From an uncultured bacterium (lineage in GTDB: Bacteria > Bacillota > Clostridia > Oscillospirales > Acutalibacteraceae), in NCBI GenBank assembly GCA_905215855.1, contig CAJMRT010000003.1, positions 12,597-76,596 of the forward strand: a DNA stretch of 64,000 nucleotides. The letters run 5' to 3'. Of this stretch, positions 56,011 to 64,000 are shown piece by piece. The translations under genes were made by a program, and so were the position numbers. The notes beneath the pieces are model-generated. The model made no database searches and had not been told where the DNA came from. It saw only the letters and a list, made by a program, of their open reading frames with translations. The first letter of the stretch is position 1. Every line of letters starts with the position of its first letter.

Positions 56011-56251
56011 TGTTTTACCCTCCGTATTTGCAGACATTACCGCAAATTTGTTCATACTTGTTTGAGTTTATCAATATATTATCCTTAAGTCAATAGCCGC
56101 AAATAAAATTTGGCATATACGGCAATATATGCGTATTTTTCCCAATGTTAATTATTACAAATGACAGACAAAATACTCGGAAATTTCTGTTTTTAACACA
56201 TTAGTTTTTAACAAAAAAAACAGACTGTACCGTAATACAGTCTGCTGTAAA

Positions 56252-57061
56252 TTATGACGCACGCTCACAGATTACATAGTAACGGTCAAAACCACCGTTT
56301 CCGTCACTTATGCAGGTGAACATTGTGAGCAAATCTTTGCCATTTTTAATATAGCAATCTTCCGATTCATTTGGCTTATTCACCTTTGTTTCAACAACTT
56401 TGTAATCTATGGTGTCCCAATAATTTGTGATTGACACCTTATCGCCCATTTTCAGATTACGCAGATTATCAAAGAAAATTCTTCCGACATATCCCGTGTG
56501 ACCTGCAAGAACAGTGTTCGTATTATTGCCACCAATCGGCAATGAGGTTGCACTCATATGTGCCGCACCGTAACTCATATTAGCACTGTTAGCACCGAGA
56601 TAAATCGGCAGTCGCATACCGATTGTTTTGGCAGAAACATATCCGTAAATACCGTCACTTATGCCGTAGTTGCTGAGATTTATCGCAGCCTGAGAGTAAG
56701 TATCGTTGCGGAACAGTTCATACTGACTGCTTTCAAGCTTTTTATTGTAGGCAACGCTGTCCTTAAAAAGTCGGTCAAGGTCAACTTTAAACACAACAGG
56801 CTGTTTTGAAGTACGCTTGCCGTCCTTGTCAACCTTGTATCCCTCTTTGTCAACCTTTCCGTCCCTGACGGCTTCTTCAAAAGAGCCATCCTCAACCTCT
56901 TCAACACGAATATCAAAGCTATCGGCCTCACCGTTTGAAATTTGTGTTCCCACAAAATTTGATATGGGAGGAAATGCCACAAGACCTATTCCGACAACAA
57001 GCATAACGATTGCAACAACTGTCAGTATCTTTTTAAGCATCTGCATCACCGCCCGAATCAT
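56252..57061 (-). CDS. Class C (pilus-assembly type) sortase
   Basis: N-terminal TM. Catalytic His in TVLAGHTGYVG. TLxTC as LLTMFTCISD. Conserved Arg after it. The start is ambiguous (M1, M6 or M8); it overlaps the end of the upstream sortase gene. Confidence 0.65.
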   Translation of the reverse strand: MIRAVMQMLKKILTVVAIVMLVVGIGLVAFPPISNFVGTQISNGEADSFDIRVEEVEDGSFEEAVRDGKVDKEGYKVDKDGKRTSKQPVVFKVDLDRLFKDSVAYNKKLESSQYELFRNDTYSQAAINLSNYGISDGIYGYVSAKTIGMRLPIYLGANSANMSYGAAHMSATSLPIGGNNTNTVLAGHTGYVGRIFFDNLRNLKMGDKVSITNYWDTIDYKVVETKVNKPNESEDCYIKNGKDLLTMFTCISDGNGGFDRYYVICERAS

Positions 57062-57977
57062 CAGAATTTTCGTCAGCAGAATCAGCTTTTAACCTCTTTG
57101 CTCCGACCGATTTCTTCTTTTTGCGTTTAAGCAGGAAGATAACAACGAACACAACAAGTGCAACAAAGCCGACGATTATTCCGGCTGCAACTGCATACGG
57201 AATCTTGTATCCGAGGAAGAATATGTAACCATTATCAAATTTTGCAAGTGAAACACCTGTTTCAACATATTTTGTGTCATCGTATGCAACATGCTTGCCA
57301 CGCACAAGAAGTCTGTGCGTATTCACACCGTAAGGCGTACAGGTCAAAAGCGTTACAAGGTCCTCGCCGTCAACAATTCTAAGTGAGTTAATCTCTGACG
57401 GCAGAACAACCTCAATTTGATCAACCTCATATTTCAGCGTTCTGTCGAGAATATGAACATAAAATTCATCGCCTACTTTCATATCGGTGAGGTAATCGAA
57501 AAATGTTTCGCCCGGATAACCCGAATGTGCCGAAATTACCGCATGGGTACTTTTTCCGCCTACAGGAAGTGATGTATTTTGCAGATGACCTGCACCTTTT
57601 GAAAGAATTTCTTCGCTTGTACCGTGATAAATCGGCAGATAAACATTGATTTTCGGAATATCTATGTAACCGATAAGTCCGTCCTCGTCAACGCTGAGCG
57701 TGTGTTCATATCGCTCACCGATTTTCTGAAAAGCCTTTTCGTCAAACGGGTCGGTGATAATCATATTGTTTGACAGGCTGTTATTATACTTTGTCGCCTC
57801 TTCAAACATTTTCTGAGTTTTCTCACTCGGCATCTGAGCAACCTTGTTGGTATATTCCTTAACACTGCTTCGACTGACATAGTTATTGATTGCCGAACTG
57901 ACAAGAGGGTAACTCATTATGCCGATTCCTGCAACAAATATTAAAACTATAAGTAAAATTGCCAGCTTTCGTTTCAT
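57033..57977 (-). CDS. Class C sortase with an N-terminal signal/TM and a C-terminal TM anchor
   Basis: His in AVISAHSGYPG. TLxTC as LVTLLTCTPYG. Conserved RLLVRGK. C-terminal hydrophobic segment AVAAGIIVGFVALVVFVVIFLL plus KRKKKK, typical of class C sortases. The start is re-placed at MKRKLAIL (RBS aaggaaa). Confidence 0.7.
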   Translation of the reverse strand: MKRKLAILLIVLIFVAGIGIMSYPLVSSAINNYVSRSSVKEYTNKVAQMPSEKTQKMFEEATKYNNSLSNNMIITDPFDEKAFQKIGERYEHTLSVDEDGLIGYIDIPKINVYLPIYHGTSEEILSKGAGHLQNTSLPVGGKSTHAVISAHSGYPGETFFDYLTDMKVGDEFYVHILDRTLKYEVDQIEVVLPSEINSLRIVDGEDLVTLLTCTPYGVNTHRLLVRGKHVAYDDTKYVETGVSLAKFDNGYIFFLGYKIPYAVAAGIIVGFVALVVFVVIFLLKRKKKKSVGAKRLKADSADENSDDSGGDADA

Positions 57978-58074
57978 AAAATTTTCCTTTTCTGCGTGTT
58001 TTTGTTCCGTTATTATTATACTATATTTTGCCGTGCAGGGCAATATATCGACAGCACAGCGATTTGTGCGAACA

Positions 58075-58097
58075 GTAGGGGCGGTCATTGGCCGCCC
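58075..58097. repeat. GC-rich hairpin repeat GTAGGGGCGGTCATTGGCCGCCC (REP-like family member)
   Basis: Near-identical, as reverse complement, to 58291..58313 (gtaggggcgttcattggacgccc). Confidence 0.55.
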
Positions 58098-58164
58098 GCA
58101 AGTAAAGACATAAACATTGTGATAGAAATAAACTATATAAATATCACAAAATTACTGCTATTTT

Positions 58165-58313
58165 GTAGGGGCGAACCGTGTTCGCCCGTTCGTGTGCATT
58201 GCACACGATTGCACGCATTGCGTGCAAAATTGAATACACAATTTATGTTATATCAAAACCTATGTGTATGAACATAATATTTCATCAAGCGGGCGTCCAA
58301 TGAACGCCCCTAC
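58165..58313. repeat. MITE-like element, homolog of 34441..34590 (inverted GTAGGGGCG...CGCCCCTAC termini, 149 bp)
   Basis: The left 60 nt are ~90% identical to the 34441 copy, including the gtgtgcattgcacac and tgcacgcattgcgtgca palindromes. Sits in the pilin-sortase intergenic region. Confidence 0.6.
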
Positions 58314-58417
58314 AGATTATACACTGCTTTTATTGTATAAAAAGCTATGTGTATAAACATATAAATTCATCAAGCGGCGGATAATATCCGCATCTACGGC
58401 TCTTCTGTAAATAGAAC

Positions 58418-58439
58418 GGGGATGCGTTGCCGCATCCCC
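58418..58439 (-). promoter_or_regulatory. Stem-loop immediately 3' of the pilin gene and 5' of the sortase genes. Candidate intra-operon attenuator.
   Basis: ggggatgcg-ttgc-cgcatcccc perfect 9-bp GC-rich stem ~50 nt after the pilin stop, with no strong U-tract. Confidence 0.35.
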
Positions 58440-58487
58440 TGAAAATTACATATATCACAGATTTTAAGATAAAAGATATTCGATTAA

Positions 58488-59906
58488 TTATTTAGCTGCT
58501 TTCTTTCTCTTAAGAACAAAGAGGAGAACGCCTGCACAAGCGATAAGTGCTGCACCGCCAATATAGAACATCATTGTACCCATACCACCTGTTGAAGGAA
58601 CTGTTACAGGATAATCAGGAACTTCTACCTGATTTACTTCGCTTGGATTACCGTCAACTGTAACTGTGATAACACCTGTTGTGCTAATATCAACTGTGTA
58701 CTCAGAAGAGTTGAGGTTGTAACCTGCAGGAGCTTTTGTCTCCTTAACCTTGTATGTACCTGCACCAAGCTTTTCAAATGTAACATGACCGCTTTCGTCT
58801 GTTATCTTAGTGCCAATCACTTTGCCCTCTTTATTCTTCAGCTCAAATGTTGCATTGCCAAGACCTTTCTTGTCAGCTGTTGTGCCATCATACTTGAATA
58901 CAGGAAGGTCGAATGTGTAAACATTTACTGTTCCACCAGACTTTGAAGCCTGACCGTATGTGTTTGTGTATGTAAGACTGTCGCTGTTGCTGTTGTCTGT
59001 TGCAGTGTTGCCCGAAACAGCTGTATCCTTAAGAATTGCTGTAAGTGTTACAGTAACATTTGAACTTGCATAGAAGTTATTACTGCCTTCTTCACCTTCA
59101 GCTTTTTCAGCATTAGCAAGATAAGCTGATGTAAGAGAAATCTTAATATCTGACTGTGATGAAGCATCTACTGTGTAATCTGAAGTTGAAAGTTTAGTGT
59201 TGCCAACCATAACTTCTGTTACAGCAGGAGTGTCAAAGCTATCTGAAAGGTTATCGTGGATTGTATACTCGGTAAGCGGAACTTCCTTAGAACCTGTAAC
59301 TGAAGCTGTGAGCTTAAATGTTACAGTGTCGCCTGCAGAAGCAGTTGTGTGCTTAGAATCGATGTCGCCACCAACGATTTCCTTAGAAACTTTAACTTGA
59401 CCTATGTTAATCTTGAGTTCGATTGGAGCTTCTGCTGAACCCTGAGTTGTCTTTGTGCCCTCAGGAAGAGCAAAGAGAGCACCGCCCTTTTCCCTTACGC
59501 TTGTTTCAGCAGGCTGGCCTGTAACCTTAACATAGTAAACACCTGCATCATTTGTACCGAAGTTGTAAACATCTTCGTCAGAAGTAAATTCATGGTTACC
59601 CTTGCTGTCTGCATCTGTAAATGTTGCACTTTCACAAGCAGCGAGAAGAGCCTCACCGTCATTACCCTTTGCACTATTCCAAGTTGTAAGAGCTGTTTTA
59701 ACAGCGTCGCCGCCCTTAATGTCAGTATATTCGCCTGTTGTTGTGTTAATTTTTGCTACCTTATAAACATTTACTTTAAAGCCGTTCTTGCCCTTGATAA
59801 ATGCGTTATAAGTATAGCTTTCTGCTGCACTTGCTGAGAATGGAATCATGAGAGCGATCATCATTACTGCAAGAACAGCTGCAAAGATTTTCTTTGTAGT
59901 TTTCAT
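58488..59906 (-). CDS. Backbone (major) pilin subunit of a sortase-assembled pilus
   Basis: Signal peptide. E-box YKVKETKAPAGY (consensus YxLxETxAPxGY). CnaB/Ig-like Thr/Ser-rich beta domains. C-terminal sorting signal VPSTG plus hydrophobic segment plus KRKKAAK. Strong RBS aaaggagaaag. Confidence 0.7.
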   Translation of the reverse strand: MKTTKKIFAAVLAVMMIALMIPFSASAAESYTYNAFIKGKNGFKVNVYKVAKINTTTGEYTDIKGGDAVKTALTTWNSAKGNDGEALLAACESATFTDADSKGNHEFTSDEDVYNFGTNDAGVYYVKVTGQPAETSVREKGGALFALPEGTKTTQGSAEAPIELKINIGQVKVSKEIVGGDIDSKHTTASAGDTVTFKLTASVTGSKEVPLTEYTIHDNLSDSFDTPAVTEVMVGNTKLSTSDYTVDASSQSDIKISLTSAYLANAEKAEGEEGSNNFYASSNVTVTLTAILKDTAVSGNTATDNSNSDSLTYTNTYGQASKSGGTVNVYTFDLPVFKYDGTTADKKGLGNATFELKNKEGKVIGTKITDESGHVTFEKLGAGTYKVKETKAPAGYNLNSSEYTVDISTTGVITVTVDGNPSEVNQVEVPDYPVTVPSTGGMGTMMFYIGGAALIACAGVLLFVLKRKKAAK

Positions 59907-59990
59907 TTTAACTTTCTCCTTTGTGTTTGATTTAATATATGTAATTATATTCTAACCGAATGGTTAAACAAAGTTGAGGTGGCTGCATGG

Positions 59991-60016
59991 CGGACACCGG
60001 CTAATAACGGTGTCCG
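59991..60016 (-). promoter_or_regulatory. Perfect 9-bp stem-loop between the adhesin and pilin genes
   Basis: cggacaccg-gctaataa-cggtgtccg with no U-tract. Possible RNA processing or attenuation site. Confidence 0.3.
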
Positions 60017-60082
60017 TAGCAGTCAAAGAGGTTTTCTATGAAAGAAACAAATGATTTTAAATCATTGTCTTTGATAGTGAGT

Positions 60083-63000
60083 TTATTTTCTGTATCTTGT
60101 TCTGCGTTTTTTACGGCTGATTCTGTCATAGATTGTATAGCTCATAAGCAATGTGCCTGCAATGCCCACAACAGCAATACCGCCGATTACAAAACCGTTC
60201 ATACCCGCACCGCTTGCCTGTGGCATTGTAAGCGGATAGTTGTTTACTGTGCCTGCCTTGATATGATAAATCATCTTGCCGTCGCTGTCGGGAAGATACT
60301 TGAATCCGACACCGCCGATTGCAAATTCAGCCTCTTCGCCTGATTCACACTGCCGTGCATACGGAACAGTAAAGAAGTGCTTTTCCGTACTCAGGTTATA
60401 ACCCGGTGCTGCCTTTGTTTCAACAAAGCAGTAAAGCTGATGTTCGCTTGTATCATCTGTATCCTGTCCTTTGAAAATACGAAGATTTTCAAACTTCACA
60501 ATACCGTTGTTGTCAATTGTCTTTGCCTCAACAAGATTATCGGCAGTCAACTCATCAGTCGGTGTGTTGAGCTTGTAGAGTGAAAACTCAACCTGACCTG
60601 CCATATTCTTGAATGTTGTACCGTCTGAGCCTGCCTTTGAAATTTCAATAGAACCCTTGTGGTAGTTGACAAATTTTACATTATCCGCAGGATTTGCAAT
60701 TTCGTTTGTTTCGCTGACTGCATCCTGTGCTGTAGAATAATATTTGACGCTTGCTGTGTTTGGAGCAGTTGTTCTGTCAACTGAAACTACAGCATAATAC
60801 TTTGCAGTATCAAAAGTATATGTATCACCGCCGAGATTTTTCTCAGCAATCTGATAGTAGAACTTATCTACTGTAGCACTTGCATTAACACTTGCACCGC
60901 CGTTTGCCTCAACAGGCTCGGCAGCCTGTGCCTTTGCCTTTGCCAAAGACCTTGTGGTTAACGGAGCCGCTCCCCACGAGCCGCCTCCCTTATCCCATGC
61001 ACCGTCGGCAATTGTATAGCATCTGTTTGTATCTGTTGCTGAAGGAATATCGAGGTCATTTGTCTGATTCCATTTTGTATCCCAGCCGTTTGTTAAGTTG
61101 GTCGGATCCATTCTGCAGAATATAAGACCTTTCCAAGTACCTGACGGAATTTCAGCCTGATAATAGCCGTCGCCGTCATCATCTGTCATTGATACCCATT
61201 GCTCCTGCTTTGGACTTGTAGAATCATTAAAGAAATAAATTGCAAATCTTGCACTATCTGTTATCCAATTTGAATTTGGTTTCAAGTAAACTGTGTTCTG
61301 ATTTACAGGGGTTGTGGTCGGAGCTGCTGTTGTCGGCTGAACAGTTGGCTTTGCAGTTGTCGGAGCAACTGTAGGCTGATCTGTTACCGGCTGAGTTGTT
61401 GTAGGAGTGTCAACTCCTCTGTACTCATACTCGAGTGCATCAAATGTGATTTTATCGCCGAAGTTGTTCTTTGTCTGCAAGAGTTTTGACTCTGTAAAAG
61501 CAGAACCGCTCTTCTTCATTTCTGTAAGTGTAAACTCAAATGTGTTGACATCAGGTATTTCGCCGTCAAGCGTCTTTGCCGCACTGAGTGTTACATGAGC
61601 ATTTGATTTATCAATTTCTCTGTTTACAAATCTTGCAACAGCACCCGAATCATTAACTTTTCCTGTTTCGCCTGTCGAAGTTACTGTGTAATCTGAGTTT
61701 GCTTCCTCAACAATCTTATACTTTGTACCGACAGGGATATTTGGGAACACTGCTGTTTCTCCGCCCTTGAGAGCAAATGTGCCGTTACTTGCAACATACT
61801 CTGTTGAACCTATTGTATATTCAAGCGGATATTGCTTATAAGTTTTTCCACCGTCAAATGAAAGGTATACAGTAAAGTTATATTTTTCATTTGTAATAGG
61901 ATTGCCGTCTTTGTCAAAAGCTGCCTTTGTTACATTAAGGTCTGCAAGCTTAGGAGTGTTTACAAAATCCACTTTATAGTCTGTTGCGTGTTTTTCGTTT
62001 ACTTCATTCTTGAAGAGGAAGTTTGCCGACGTACCGCTTCCGTTTGCTTTCTGAATTCCGTTCTTAACATCTGTTACCGAATATGTTGATGATGAGTACT
62101 TTATAAATGAATTAGCCATATTCTCGGAAACTGTCAGCCAGTTGCCTACATTGGTAATGTTTGTGAATGAAGAACTGTTGCCGTCCTTCATTGCATAGGA
62201 ACCGTTAGCGTCTGAAGTTTTAGAAGATGTTGAACCGGTTTTATCTGTGTAAAGATATTCTTTATAGCTGAGAGCAGAATTACCGCTGTTTGCAGTGCCG
62301 TTGTTAACATTAGTAAATGTGAAAGTGTCAGCTGCTGAAACTGCATCTTTGATACCATCGTTCACATTAACTGTGTTTACAGTCTTTGTTGTTGTAAGTT
62401 TGTTATCAACAGGAGTGAACGAGAACTCAACCTGAAGGTTTGACTCAATAAGACCACGCTCCATATAGAACATCTGGAGTTTGTGAACAGTATTCTTTGT
62501 ACTGCCATTCATTACATCTGAAAGTGAGTAAACACTTGATGCACTTGTGACTGATTTTGAGTTAAGACCTGTTGCATATGTTGTTGAATTCTTTGCAAAG
62601 TTAAGTGTACATGATGCGTCCTTATGGTCACCGCCAAGGTCAACAACAAGTTTGCCGTCAATGTAAATCCACACATCATCGTCACCTGTGAATGTGAATG
62701 TTACCTCCTGATCGTCAATCTTACCGCCTTCGGGAACAGTAAAGTCAACTGACAATGCCATACCAAAACCGTAGTTAAGGTCATTTCTTACATCTTCACC
62801 TGTGTGGTTGATTGTGTTGTTGTTAAAAGGGAAGAAGCCGTAACCGCTTTTGCCTGAGTTAAACCACAGCTTACCGTCATGAATAGCCTTTGAAGTATCA
62901 CTGCCGCCATACATAAGTGTAAGTGAGTCACTTGTAACACCGTTTAAGTTGTTTGTGCTTGAGCCTGTGTTTGCGTTTTTAAGATAAATGCTGTTTACAG

Positions 63001-64000
63001 GATTTGCATGAGAACTTACTGTACTTGACTGATAGCTGTACTTTTTAGTATTACTGTCATATGTAAACGGAAGAGCCGCATTGACTTTCTTACCATACGA
63101 GCTGTTCTGACCTGAACCTGTTTTTGAAAGAAAGCTGTCACTAAAGAACGGTGCAGCCACTGTACCGCTGTTACCGTTCTTCATCATCATCAAGCTGCCG
63201 TCACTGCCAAGGTTTCTTGAAACAACACCCTGATACGACCACGACCATGACTTCGGTTCGGCAGACTTTGCCAGTTCGTTTGTATTATTTACATTGACAT
63301 CGGCTGTATTACTGTCATGCCAAACTGCCTTTGAGTTATTCGGTGCGGCATCATAACCGTACAGACTGCCCTTCTTTGCATCATATGTATCTTTTCTGCC
63401 TGTTTCAGATTCAGTACCTGTATTGAAGTTGCCGTAGTAAAGAGGTTTCTTTACATTGTTATCCTCATAATACTGACTGAGATAGCTGTTAAAATTATCA
63501 AACGGATACCATGTTGCGGAGTTACCGGCTGTTTCTACATTGCCCCACTGAGTGCTGAGTTCCTGATCATCGAGATAATCATAATACGAACACGAAGCAA
63601 GGTACATACTGTCAGGAAAACTGCTGTCAATCTTTGCGTCATATTCAAAGTTATCTTCAACAACGGTTTCGCTGTATTCGCTCCAAGTACCGTTGTTATA
63701 AATCATATTCGAAGATGAAGGAATTGTAATATCACCTATTTGGGCACCGTTGCCGTCACTAAAGATAATGTTCTCTGCATTTGCGTCAACTGTTATCTTA
63801 TAGACATTATGCTTAACATTCTGCACCTTGTCCATAGCGGTACCGGGCCAATTGCCTGAGTACTTAGTGGACGAAGTCCATGTATAAGCATACACACTTC
63901 CCCAACCGTTGGTATTCATATAGTACAGGGTTTTGCTTTCGGCAGCAGCAACCTTTCCTAAATTCATACCCGACACTGCACACACTGATAACATCATTGT
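60083..64000 (-). CDS. Very large (>1300 aa) cell-surface adhesin / candidate pilus tip or ancillary pilin. The 5' end lies beyond the window.
   Basis: E-box-like YCFVETKAAPGYNL. Pro/Thr linker TTQPVTDQPTVAPTTAKPTVQPTTAAPTTTP. Multiple Ig/CnaB-like beta domains. C-terminal ...YPLTMPQASGAG plus hydrophobic segment plus RKKRRTRYRK (non-canonical sorting signal). The frame is open to base 64000. Confidence 0.6.
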   Translation of the reverse strand, partial: TMMLSVCAVSGMNLGKVAAAESKTLYYMNTNGWGSVYAYTWTSSTKYSGNWPGTAMDKVQNVKHNVYKITVDANAENIIFSDGNGAQIGDITIPSSSNMIYNNGTWSEYSETVVEDNFEYDAKIDSSFPDSMYLASCSYYDYLDDQELSTQWGNVETAGNSATWYPFDNFNSYLSQYYEDNNVKKPLYYGNFNTGTESETGRKDTYDAKKGSLYGYDAAPNNSKAVWHDSNTADVNVNNTNELAKSAEPKSWSWSYQGVVSRNLGSDGSLMMMKNGNSGTVAAPFFSDSFLSKTGSGQNSSYGKKVNAALPFTYDSNTKKYSYQSSTVSSHANPVNSIYLKNANTGSSTNNLNGVTSDSLTLMYGGSDTSKAIHDGKLWFNSGKSGYGFFPFNNNTINHTGEDVRNDLNYGFGMALSVDFTVPEGGKIDDQEVTFTFTGDDDVWIYIDGKLVVDLGGDHKDASCTLNFAKNSTTYATGLNSKSVTSASSVYSLSDVMNGSTKNTVHKLQMFYMERGLIESNLQVEFSFTPVDNKLTTTKTVNTVNVNDGIKDAVSAADTFTFTNVNNGTANSGNSALSYKEYLYTDKTGSTSSKTSDANGSYAMKDGNSSSFTNITNVGNWLTVSENMANSFIKYSSSTYSVTDVKNGIQKANGSGTSANFLFKNEVNEKHATDYKVDFVNTPKLADLNVTKAAFDKDGNPITNEKYNFTVYLSFDGGKTYKQYPLEYTIGSTEYVASNGTFALKGGETAVFPNIPVGTKYKIVEEANSDYTVTSTGETGKVNDSGAVARFVNREIDKSNAHVTLSAAKTLDGEIPDVNTFEFTLTEMKKSGSAFTESKLLQTKNNFGDKITFDALEYEYRGVDTPTTTQPVTDQPTVAPTTAKPTVQPTTAAPTTTPVNQNTVYLKPNSNWITDSARFAIYFFNDSTSPKQEQWVSMTDDDGDGYYQAEIPSGTWKGLIFCRMDPTNLTNGWDTKWNQTNDLDIPSATDTNRCYTIADGAWDKGGGSWGAAPLTTRSLAKAKAQAAEPVEANGGASVNASATVDKFYYQIAEKNLGGDTYTFDTAKYYAVVSVDRTTAPNTASVKYYSTAQDAVSETNEIANPADNVKFVNYHKGSIEISKAGSDGTTFKNMAGQVEFSLYKLNTPTDELTADNLVEAKTIDNNGIVKFENLRIFKGQDTDDTSEHQLYCFVETKAAPGYNLSTEKHFFTVPYARQCESGEEAEFAIGGVGFKYLPDSDGKMIYHIKAGTVNNYPLTMPQASGAGMNGFVIGGIAVVGIAGTLLMSYTIYDRISRKKRRTRYRK

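Noticed and set aside
34441-58439. CRISPR array, IS element or transposase associated with the GC-rich repeats
   Set aside because: The repeats are inverted palindromic pairs, not regularly spaced direct repeats with unique spacers. No transposase, integrase or cas ORF is present in the window.
1-64000. rRNA, tRNA or tmRNA genes
   Set aside because: No stretch shows the conserved tRNA (GTTCGAATC T-loop, CCA context) or rRNA signatures. All sizeable intergenic regions are explained by promoters, terminators or repeats.

Overview
This is a 64-kb chromosomal segment from a low-GC Gram-positive anaerobe. Dockerin-bearing proteins, sortase-dependent pili, BspA-type LRR proteins and starch-binding/GH13 remnants point to a Ruminococcus-like cellulosome or amylosome producer. 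All of this is read from the sequence alone; nothing was searched.

Layout from start to end:
- The 3' part of an NSS-family Na+ symporter.
- metG, followed by an AT-rich ~4.4-kb accessory insertion between metG and tatD. It carries its own sigma-A promoter, two paralogous LRR surface proteins, a lipoprotein hydrolase, and decayed fragments of a GH13 amylase, a starch-binding (CBM25/26-like) module and idi.
- tatD.
- A small sortase operon (surface protein, sortase, membrane protein).
- A ~17-kb Wzx/Wzy-dependent capsule/EPS locus. It is led by a Cys-rich upstream ORF. It encodes CpsC/CpsD, an initiating phosphotransferase, a four-gene CDP-6-deoxyhexose pathway, GT8 and GT4 glycosyltransferases, an acetyltransferase, and a duplicated 'pyruvyl transferase + FrhB-like 4Fe-4S' module. 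That module occurs once as two genes and once as a single fused gene, with an out-of-frame remnant of a third pyruvyl-transferase 5' end.
- A 719-aa secreted protein with three ~150-aa repeats.
- rpe.
- An 890-aa protein with an acidic/Lys-rich N-terminus and a degenerate P-type-ATPase-like membrane domain.
- rlmB, then a Nudix-fusion protein paired with a DHHW protein.
- An aminotransferase, trpS and a GT-C-like membrane protein.
- A DUF885 lipoprotein, a MATE exporter, and a metF / MetH-activation-domain / metH operon.
- mgtE with a long leader.
- Three tandem dockerin proteins.
- A sortase-dependent pilus locus: two class-C sortases, an E-box backbone pilin, and a >1300-aa adhesin that runs off the window end.

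A GC-rich REP/MITE-like hairpin repeat family (GTAGGGGCG...CGCCCCTAC) occurs at three loci. No rRNA, tRNA or CRISPR array was found.
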